Positions 29,108 to 36,562 of a DNA stretch of 64,000 nt are shown piece by piece; position 1 is the first letter of the stretch, and each line of letters begins with the position of its first letter. A program made the translations under genes and the position numbers. The stretch is from NCBI GenBank assembly GCA_963726745.1, contig CAVSDR010000007.1:64001-128000 (forward strand), read 5' to 3'. Under the pieces are notes generated by a model. It was not told the origin of the DNA. It ran no database searches and saw nothing but the letters and a program-made list of their open reading frames with translations. This stretch comes from an uncultured Verrucomicrobiae bacterium (GTDB lineage Bacteria; Verrucomicrobiota; Verrucomicrobiia; Chthoniobacterales; UBA10450).

Positions 29108-30250
29108 TTAGTCGAGATGTGGGTAGACTAATTTCCCCAGGAGCTTGTTCACTGAAATTGGTAAATGGCGGAAGATTCCGGCGGCCCGACCCGCGAGGTC
29201 AGCGCCGCCGGCGATCCAGTCGCCGCTGGCGTCGCCGCGGTAATATTCCATCGTTTCCTCGAGCGCGCCCCAGCCGAGCTTAAAGCGCCGGAGCCCGTCG
29301 TTGCCCTGGGCGGTGCGGCCGAAGTGAAGTTGCCGGCTGCCGTTCGCTGCGAGATAGCGCATGGCTTCCCACATCGCCAGATTGCTCGCGCGAAATTCCT
29401 GCCCGCGCTCGTCGGAGGCGCCAAATTTATACAGCGCATTCTTGCCAAAGGTGAAGAAGACCGCGCCAGCCAGCGGGCGTCCGCCACGGCGGGCGAGGAC
29501 GACAAAGCCAAGGCCTTGCTTGATCAGATGCTCGTGGATGTTCGAGAAAAACTTCCGCGATTGCGGGGGCGCGCCATGCCGGCGGCGGGTGCGGCAATGC
29601 AGCCGGTAATATTCGGCTATGGCTTCGCGGGAGCGCGAGACCCGGGCGGTCACGCCGCTGCGTTCCGCCTTCGCGAGATTTCGCCGGACGCTGCCGGCGA
29701 GATTCGCGCGCAGCGCTGTCGGACCGACGCCAAGGTCGAGCTTGTGACCGTAAAAGGTCTCTGCGGCCGGTGCCATTCCATCGAGGGAAGGCGCGCCGCG
29801 CAGCTCGAAGTGCTTCCACCCGCGCTCGGTCGCGAGGGCGGAAAGATGATCCAGGAGAGCCTGCTGTCTAAAACCTGGAAAGAAGAGCGGCGGAGAGAAA
29901 TCGCTGAAAGGCAGAGCCACCGCGCGGCGACCGGTGAAAGCGCTCCGCACTTCCATTAACGGAAGCAGCGCGGCGGTTTTTCCCTCCTGCGAAAAGTGGA
30001 GGTAAAACGGACGATGCCCGTAGGTGGTGGTAAGCACCCGGGCCCACGCGGCGGTGTGGAAAGCAGTCGCCGCATCGTGCAGCGCGACCATTCGATCCCA
30101 ATCGCCGAAAGCGAAGGGGTCCACCGTCGTAACCCGGCAAACCTGAGGCGCACTCTCCGTTTCCAAATTGCTCCCGCCAAAACGGGCACGACTGCTGATA
30201 GCAGGCTGCCGCGACAGCGGGAAGCTCTCTCGTTCGCCAAAGGAAGCCAT
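29108..30250 (-). CDS. FemAB-related GNAT-fold protein of exopolysaccharide loci
   Basis: FHTAAW, LPFSD, VRRNLAKAERSG, YKFGAS, NLAMWE, FGRT and GLRRFKLGWG motifs; start uncertain. Confidence 0.8.
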   Translation of the reverse strand: MASFGERESFPLSRQPAISSRARFGGSNLETESAPQVCRVTTVDPFAFGDWDRMVALHDAATAFHTAAWARVLTTTYGHRPFYLHFSQEGKTAALLPLMEVRSAFTGRRAVALPFSDFSPPLFFPGFRQQALLDHLSALATERGWKHFELRGAPSLDGMAPAAETFYGHKLDLGVGPTALRANLAGSVRRNLAKAERSGVTARVSRSREAIAEYYRLHCRTRRRHGAPPQSRKFFSNIHEHLIKQGLGFVVLARRGGRPLAGAVFFTFGKNALYKFGASDERGQEFRASNLAMWEAMRYLAANGSRQLHFGRTAQGNDGLRRFKLGWGALEETMEYYRGDASGDWIAGGADLAGRAAGIFRHLPISVNKLLGKLVYPHLD

Positions 30251-30264
30251 GATGCGGCTGGGTC

Positions 30265-31384
30265 TCAAGAAAGCGCGCCGACCGCCAGGCAATCCTTCAC
30301 CGCGTGGGCAACGGTTTCGATCTGCTCGGGGGTTAACTCCGGAAACATTGGCAGCGAGATGAATTCATCGGAAGTCAGCTCCGAGATCGGGAAGGAGCCG
30401 CGCCGATGGCCGAGACCAGCATACGCCTCCTGCAAATGCACCGGCACCGGATAGTGCACCCCGCAGCCGATGCCGCGCTCCTCGAGCGCGCGCAGCAGCT
30501 CGTCCCGCATCGGCACCCGCAGGGCATAGATGTGGTAGACGTGTTTTGCGTAGGGCATTTCCACGGGCGGGCGCACATCCTCCACTCCCGCAAAGGCGCG
30601 CGTGTAGGCCGCGGCGTGGCTGCGGCGCAGTTCGTTCCCGCGCGCCAGATGTTGCAGTTTAATCCGCAGGACCGCGGCCTGGATGCCGTCCATGCGGCCG
30701 TTCCACCCAATCATCGTGTGATGGTATTTCCGCGACTGCCCATGGTCGCGCAGGGTGCGAATTTTCTCCGCGAGATCGGCCCGATCGGTCACGACCGCGC
30801 CGGCTTCGCCGAAGGCTCCAAGGTTCTTCCCCGGGTAAAAGCTGAAGCAAGCCGCGTCCGCCAGCCCCCCGACGCGGCGGCTGCGATACTCAGCGCCATG
30901 CGCCTGCGAAGCGTCCTCGATCACCGCGAGGCCATGCTCACGCGCGAAGGCCAGCGATCGGGTCCATGTCCGCCGACTGCCCGAAAAGGTGCACCGGCAT
31001 GAGCGCCTTGGTGCGCGGCGTAAGCGCGGCGCGAAGCTGCGCCGGGTCCATCGTGTAGCTCTGCTCGTCGATGTCGACAAAAACAGGCGTCGCCCCGGTG
31101 TAGCTGATCGCCTCCGCCGTCGCCATGAAAGTGCTGGCTACGGTGATGACTTCGTCGCCCGGGCCGATGCCGAGCGCGAGGAGCGCAAACCAGAGCGCGT
31201 CGGTGCCATTGCCGACGCCGCAGGCGTGGGCCACGCCGCAGAACTTCGCAAAATCTTGCTCGAATGCGGCCACGAACGGGCCGCCGGCAAAGGCACCGCT
31301 GTCCACCACTTCCTCGATCGCACGGGAGAACTCCGTGCGATACGGAGCGTGATGTTTCTGGAGGTCGAGAAACGGAACTTTCAT
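30265..31384 (-). CDS. DegT/DnrJ/EryC1/StrS aminotransferase, split by one frameshift near 30955
   Basis: MKVPFLDL..NGTDAL..PVHLFGQ in one frame; EDASQAHG..SFYPGKNLGAFGEAG..SLPMFPEL in the next frame. Confidence 0.88.
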
Positions 31385-31457
31385 GCGAAAAGCTTGGCAG
31401 TCGTTAGGCAAAAAATGGGCGCGGCGGCATCCGCGCGGTGGCGGAACTGGGCACGCC

Positions 31458-32552
31458 TCAGGCCACGGCGGCCACGGAGACGCGTCGCTTGCCGTTGGCT
31501 CCATCGACCGCGGGCGGAATCACGCTGTGGGTGCGCGAGAAACTCACCGGCGCGCCGTTGGCCTTGAGCGAGGCTGAGGAGGCCTCGAGGATGCGGACGA
31601 GGTCCAACCCGTCCTGGCCCCCGGTGTTGCACTCGATCCCCTGCTGGATGCAATCGACAAAGTGTTGGCACTCGATCTTCAGCGGCTCTTCCTGTTGGAT
31701 GTGCGGGATGTAACTGTCGCCGTAGTGGTAGGAGTAATGAAATTCCGCAAACGTGTCGTAGTGCGGTGGACGCTCTACGCGCACGTCATAAACGCGGATC
31801 TTGCCGTGCGTTTTCAGGTCATCGTAAACGATCATGCGGCGCGTGCCGACGATAGTCATCTCGCGCACCTTGCGGGGCTCGAGCCAGCTGCTCTGGATGG
31901 TGGCAAAGCGCTTGTGCCGGAAAGTAAGCGACATATTGGTCACGTCCTCGATGTGCGGCGTAACGTGGCCATTTCCCTGGCAATTTACCGTCGTGGGAAA
32001 CTCGCCGAGGATGTGCAGGATGATCGAGATGTCGTGCGGCGCGAGGTCCCAGGCGACATTGATGTCGTTCTGGAAGAGACCCAGGTTCAACCGGCGGGAA
32101 TTGATATAGCGGATGTCGCCAAGGTCGCCGGCTTGCACAATTTCGCAGATTTTCCGGACGGGCGAGGAGTAGAGAAAAGTGTGCCCGACCATGAGCACCA
32201 GGCCATTGCGCTCAGCGATCTCGATCAGCTCCTGGCATTCCTCCGAGGAGGAGGCCATCGGTTTCTCGATCAAGGTGTGCTTGCCCGCGAGCAGCGAAGC
32301 TTTGGCGAGCGGGAAGTGATGCTTCACCGGCGTGGCGATGACGACCGCGTCGAGCTCCAGGCCGTTAAGAAAATGCTGGTAATCGGTCAGGCCCTCGACG
32401 TCGGGGTAAAGCGCCCGCATGTGCTTGAGGCGCGACTCGTTCACGTCGCACATGGCTTTGACCCGACAATTAGCCAGCGATTTGAAATTACGCACCAGGT
32501 TGGGACCCCAATAGCCGCAACCGATGACGCCGAGAGAAACAGGCTTATCCAT
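31458..32552 (-). CDS. Gfo/Idh/MocA oxidoreductase (paralog of 21929-22975)
   Basis: GCGYWGPNLVRNF, EKP, GHTF, APHDIS and SWLEPRKVR motifs. Confidence 0.9.
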   Translation of the reverse strand: MDKPVSLGVIGCGYWGPNLVRNFKSLANCRVKAMCDVNESRLKHMRALYPDVEGLTDYQHFLNGLELDAVVIATPVKHHFPLAKASLLAGKHTLIEKPMASSSEECQELIEIAERNGLVLMVGHTFLYSSPVRKICEIVQAGDLGDIRYINSRRLNLGLFQNDINVAWDLAPHDISIILHILGEFPTTVNCQGNGHVTPHIEDVTNMSLTFRHKRFATIQSSWLEPRKVREMTIVGTRRMIVYDDLKTHGKIRVYDVRVERPPHYDTFAEFHYSYHYGDSYIPHIQQEEPLKIECQHFVDCIQQGIECNTGGQDGLDLVRILEASSASLKANGAPVSFSRTHSVIPPAVDGANGKRRVSVAAVA

Positions 32553-32556
32553 GATG

Positions 32557-33663
32557 TTATTGGTTGGCCAACGAGCGGGTCTGTCGTTCGCGCTTCCACG
32601 AGGCCCGCCACGCTGTCGCGGCCCGGCTTTCCAGCAACTGCGAAACGATCGCCGGGACGGTCTTTGCGAGGATGGCCAGGTCGAGCGCCGGAGACATGTT
32701 CTTCCCGTAGAAAATATCCATCGCGATCATCTCGCTGAAGGTGGTTTTATTTTTGCCGTTCACCTGCCAGTAGCCAGTTAGACCGGGCGGGGCGTTCACC
32801 CGCTCGCGCTGCCAGGGCTGGTAACGTCCGAATTCATGCACCGTGCAGGGCCGCGGCCCGACCAGGCTCATCTCGCCGAAGAGGACGTTGAAGAGTTGGG
32901 GCAACTCGTCGAGGCCGGCCGCACGGAGAAAGCGCCCGCAGCCGATCAGGCGGGGATCGCCCTGTGCATCCAGCTTGGTCATCGGGACGTCGGCCTCCAT
33001 CAAGCGCTCGAGGTGGGATTCGTGCAACTGCGTCTCCACATTCACGCGCATCGTCCGGAATTTTGTGATTAAGAAGCGCCGGCCATGATAGCCGATGCGT
33101 TCCTGGCGATAGAAAACCGGGCCCGGCGAGGAAAGTTTAATCCCGAGCATGATCGCCAGCATGACCGGCAACCAGAGAGGCCAGGTGGCAAGGATAAGGA
33201 AACAATCCAGGCATCGTTTCCAAAGAGGAATCTGCGCCGACTGCGGTTCTGCGGTAGTGGGCAGATCGGGCGCTTCCAGCGCAGTGGATGGGGGGGGCAT
33301 GAAGTCGAGCGCAGACGCGGCCTGGTTCGTCGAAGTGGGCGCTGGTCCGGGCTGCAGGTCGCCATCAGGAGCGAGCGCCTTGTCATGGGCGATCCGTTCC
33401 AAGACAGCGGAAGTGATAATCTGGGAAAGAGAGTTTGGGCGAGGGGGCAGCGCCGCCGCAGCCGGATTGAAGGCCTGCGGGCGAGTGCCAGGGCGCGCCG
33501 AACGGCTGCTGCCATTCCGCTTTTCCGCCAAGTGTTCCCCGTTTCGCATCGTCATTACTACGGAAAGGACGGAGTGATGGTCGGAAAGATGGAAGAAATT
33601 TGAGCGCAGGGCGGGCTGCCGCCCTTGGTCGTTCCGTCGATTGGTCGGAAAAACTCTGAGCAA
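32557..33663 (-). CDS. Priming sugar transferase (Bac_transf phosphoglycosyl transferase) with long N-terminal extension; start uncertain
   Basis: KRCLD, KFRTM, DPR, LDELPQLFNV..GEMSLVGPRP and PGLTGYWQV motifs. Confidence 0.9.
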   Translation of the reverse strand: MLRVFPTNRRNDQGRQPALRSNFFHLSDHHSVLSVVMTMRNGEHLAEKRNGSSRSARPGTRPQAFNPAAAALPPRPNSLSQIITSAVLERIAHDKALAPDGDLQPGPAPTSTNQAASALDFMPPPSTALEAPDLPTTAEPQSAQIPLWKRCLDCFLILATWPLWLPVMLAIMLGIKLSSPGPVFYRQERIGYHGRRFLITKFRTMRVNVETQLHESHLERLMEADVPMTKLDAQGDPRLIGCGRFLRAAGLDELPQLFNVLFGEMSLVGPRPCTVHEFGRYQPWQRERVNAPPGLTGYWQVNGKNKTTFSEMIAMDIFYGKNMSPALDLAILAKTVPAIVSQLLESRAATAWRASWKRERQTRSLANQ

Positions 33664-33974
33664 CTCATTAGAAAATTATGGTTAGCGACGATAAGGGTCG
33701 TATAATCGCTAGAGTGACTGAGATAACCACAAAGGTTCTCTCATCGTCAACTCTTCTCCGCGTCCATGCCGGTAAACGCGGTCGTTCTTGGGGGTGAAAA
33801 TCAGCGAATGATTTTAGGCATAATTTGTCAATGTCCTACAGCCCGCACGATCCCTGGTCTGGAAACACCTCTTCATGCCCGAAGGGGTTCAGTTGTGCGA
33901 AATTTTAAGCAGCAACGCAAGCCCTTCTTCGGCCACCAAGGCTGGAACCGGAGCGGTTCGGTGGCGACGGGCGG

Positions 33975-34196
33975 TCAGTGTAGAGCCGGCGCCGCGGGGT
34001 GCACTGCCGTCGCGGGCGAGGCGAGGAGTCCCCTGGCTGTGGCGAAGGTCGGCCGGGCTCCTGAACGATGGCGAGGCCGCTGGACGGAATGAAAACCGCC
34101 CGCATCTTCCCAGCCTTCAGGTGCGCGGCGCGCGGCCAACGCGAGCAGGCCGACGGTGCAGATACCAGAGAGCGAGAGGATCATGGCGGTGAGCAT
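33975..34196 (-). CDS. Small membrane protein with APEGWEDxxGFH motif
   Basis: ATG 34196, an N-terminal TM helix, then ARRAPEGWEDAGGFH, which resembles a small-protein family I associate with Verrucomicrobia. Confidence 0.55.
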   Translation of the reverse strand: MLTAMILSLSGICTVGLLALAARRAPEGWEDAGGFHSVQRPRHRSGARPTFATARGLLASPATAVHPAAPALH

Positions 34197-34463
34197 GGCT
34201 TCGTTTTGAGCAGGTGATGTGCCGACCTCTGAGAGTCTTTGCCGCTTCCACCTGAGGCAAGGAGTCCCTCGTTTGGAGTGGAAGCTGCTTAGATTTCCGC
34301 AGCCCCGTGTGAGAAAGCTGGTTTTGAGCGAACTTTTCTCGGAACTTTGACGACCGCATTGCGGAGAAGCAGGGAGACGGACTGCCGTAGACGGAGTTTC
34401 CATCGCTGCTTGCTAAAACACGAACCGCAGATAAAAACGACATCCCTCTTCCTTCGCCCCGCG

Positions 34464-35846
34464 ATGCGACACCTCCCCAGATTTTTCAGATTGCTTCAGG
34501 TTGCCGGCGGCATTGCGGCGACCTTGTCGGCTATTTCTTCGGCCGAGGCCCAGGTTGCGGTGGAAAAATTCCGCTCTTCGCCCTCCGAGGCGGGCGCCGC
34601 GTCGAGCCTGCCGGCTTCCCCGACGGACGAGGGCTCTCTTTCTTCCTCGGGAGTCGCGGTCGAGCTCGACGCTCCGAACGATCTCCCCACCCTGGAGGTA
34701 AATCCAGGGAGCGCGGTTTCGGCTGTGCCGAAGCGTTTCCAATACGCCGTCCGCCTGGCCGTTCGGGGTGTTTTTGACGACAACATCTACCTGCGCCACA
34801 CCCAGCCGATTGAAGATTTTTACTTCGCGATCGAGCCTGGCATTTCCCTCGGCTTTGGCGACATCGTGGGCGCGGAGATGAACTCCATCCGGCTCGATTA
34901 CGCCCCCAGCATCTTCCTCTACGGCGAAAACTCGGCCGCGAATGCGGTGCAGCACCTGGTCCGGCTGGAAGCGCGTTACCGCTTTGCGCATCTCTCGCTC
35001 GGCCTCACCCAGGAAATCCAACTGCTTGAAGGAGCGAATCCCGTGAGCGGCACCGCCGGTTTCAACCTCACCCCCACGATCAATCTCGACACGGGCGGGA
35101 ACACCTCGGTGAACATCTACAACACCCGCGCGACCTTCAGCTACGACCTGACCGGGAAGACTTTCGCCAGCGGCGGGGTGAATTTCAGCGCCTCTGAGTA
35201 CGACGTGCAGCTCATCAGCTCGCAACAGATCCAGGGAAATCTCTTCCTTAACTACATCTACAGTCCCAAGCTCACTTTTGGCCTCGGCGGCACTCTCGGA
35301 TACAACGCAGTCGAGGGCCCGAGCCCGGATCAAACTTTCGAGCAAATCAACCTGCGCCTCACCTACCAACTCAGCGGGAAAGTCAGCCTCGACGGCTCCG
35401 CCGGTCTCGAGTGGCGACAATTTGACGGCACTCTCAGCAGCGAGACCAACCTTTCCCCGGTCTACGAGCTGGGGCTCAGCTATCAGCCTTTTGACGGCAC
35501 CACGGTTTCTTTGCAGGGCTCGCGCCGGACCCAAAATTCCGCCGTCTTCGCTGGCCAGGATTACTCCACCTCGAGCATCAACCTGAGCGTCCGGCAGCGC
35601 TTCCTCCGCCGCCTTTACCTTGGGGTCGCCGGCGGTTACGAGCGTTCCGATTATTTCAATACCGTCGCGCTCGTCTCGGCCACCCGCAGCGACGATTATC
35701 TCTTCGTCCAGCCCTCGATCGATCTGACGTTGACCCGCTACTGGACCGCGGGGATTTATTACCTCCACCGGCGCGACGACAGCTCGTTCGAGACCTATTC
35801 CTTCCATGACAATCAATTCGGCCTTCGCACTTCGCTCAGCTTCTAG
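34464..35846 (+). CDS. Outer-membrane beta-barrel protein of EPS export systems
   Basis: Signal peptide ending AEA, FDDNI motif, alternating amphipathic strands and C-terminal Phe; overlaps the OPX gene. Confidence 0.8.
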   Translation: MRHLPRFFRLLQVAGGIAATLSAISSAEAQVAVEKFRSSPSEAGAASSLPASPTDEGSLSSSGVAVELDAPNDLPTLEVNPGSAVSAVPKRFQYAVRLAVRGVFDDNIYLRHTQPIEDFYFAIEPGISLGFGDIVGAEMNSIRLDYAPSIFLYGENSAANAVQHLVRLEARYRFAHLSLGLTQEIQLLEGANPVSGTAGFNLTPTINLDTGGNTSVNIYNTRATFSYDLTGKTFASGGVNFSASEYDVQLISSQQIQGNLFLNYIYSPKLTFGLGGTLGYNAVEGPSPDQTFEQINLRLTYQLSGKVSLDGSAGLEWRQFDGTLSSETNLSPVYELGLSYQPFDGTTVSLQGSRRTQNSAVFAGQDYSTSSINLSVRQRFLRRLYLGVAGGYERSDYFNTVALVSATRSDDYLFVQPSIDLTLTRYWTAGIYYLHRRDDSSFETYSFHDNQFGLRTSLSF

Positions 35847-36468
35847 CGTTCTTCTCGCGCTCCTCTTTCTCGCGTTCCCTTGCCGCGGGCAAAACGTGCC
35901 GCCAGCCGCCGCCGCGCCCGCCTCGAGCAGCAATACCGGGGTGGCTGCCAGCGGCGTGAGCGCGCCAGCAGGATACCAACTCAGCGCAAACGACCAGGTC
36001 GCGGTGGAAGTTTTCGGCGAAGAGGACCTGCGCACCAACGCGCGTCTCAATGGCGAAGGGAATCTCAGCCTGCCGCTCCTTGGCTCCGTCCATGTCGCCG
36101 GACTCACCCTCACCCAGGCCGCCGCGCGGCTGACTGAGCTTTACGGGAAAGATTACCTGGTTAACCCCAAGGTAAACGTCACCCTCGTCGGCTACGCCAA
36201 GCGCCGCTTTACCGTCCTCGGCCAGGTGAATCGCCCGGGCAGCTACGAAATGCCCGATGGCAGCCCCGGCGGGATCGATTTGCTCGAAGCTGTGGCCATG
36301 GCTGGCGGCTACACCCGCATCGCTGCGCCCGAGCGGATCAGCGTCAGGCGCGAAGGAGGCAACGGCGATCAAGTCCTGCGCGTGAACGGAAAACGTGCGG
36401 CCAAGGGCGAAGGGTCTTTCGTGGTCAAGCCGGGCGATACCATCACCGTCGGCGAAAGCATTTTCTAG
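35806..36468 (+). CDS. wza: Short OPX/Wza-family polysaccharide export protein
   Basis: Poly_export domain (YQLSAND..VFGEEDL..GNLSLPLLG..GLT), SLBB domain (VLGQVNRPG..AGG), and ends PGDTITVGESIF. Confidence 0.88.
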   Translation: MTINSAFALRSASSVLLALLFLAFPCRGQNVPPAAAAPASSSNTGVAASGVSAPAGYQLSANDQVAVEVFGEEDLRTNARLNGEGNLSLPLLGSVHVAGLTLTQAAARLTELYGKDYLVNPKVNVTLVGYAKRRFTVLGQVNRPGSYEMPDGSPGGIDLLEAVAMAGGYTRIAAPERISVRREGGNGDQVLRVNGKRAAKGEGSFVVKPGDTITVGESIF

Positions 36469-36490
36469 CTCCGCATCCCTATACCTGAAG

Positions 36491-36540
36491 CTTCCATTGC
36501 CTGCCTGCCGGAATTGCGGTAGGCCTTGAAGGAAGTTTTT
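36491..36540 (+). terminator. Stem-loop with T-tract between wza and wzc
   Basis: GCCTGCCG-GAATTG-CGGTAGGC inner stem, CTTCC/GGAAG outer stem, then TTTTT. Confidence 0.35.
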
Positions 36541-36562
36541 CCCCATCTCCCGTAAACACCCG

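Noticed and set aside
30265..31384. degT split into two genes
   Set aside because: One extra base near 30955 explains it; the halves are contiguous parts of one protein.
34205..34245. c-di-GMP-I riboswitch (minus-strand GGCAAA followed by a short stem)
   Set aside because: It lacks the GNRA tetraloop, GCAAAG and second stem of the consensus.
34413..36113. Long antisense ORFs (e.g. 566 aa here, 525 aa at 61046-62623)
   Set aside because: They are shadows of GC-rich coding genes on the opposite strand and show no motifs.
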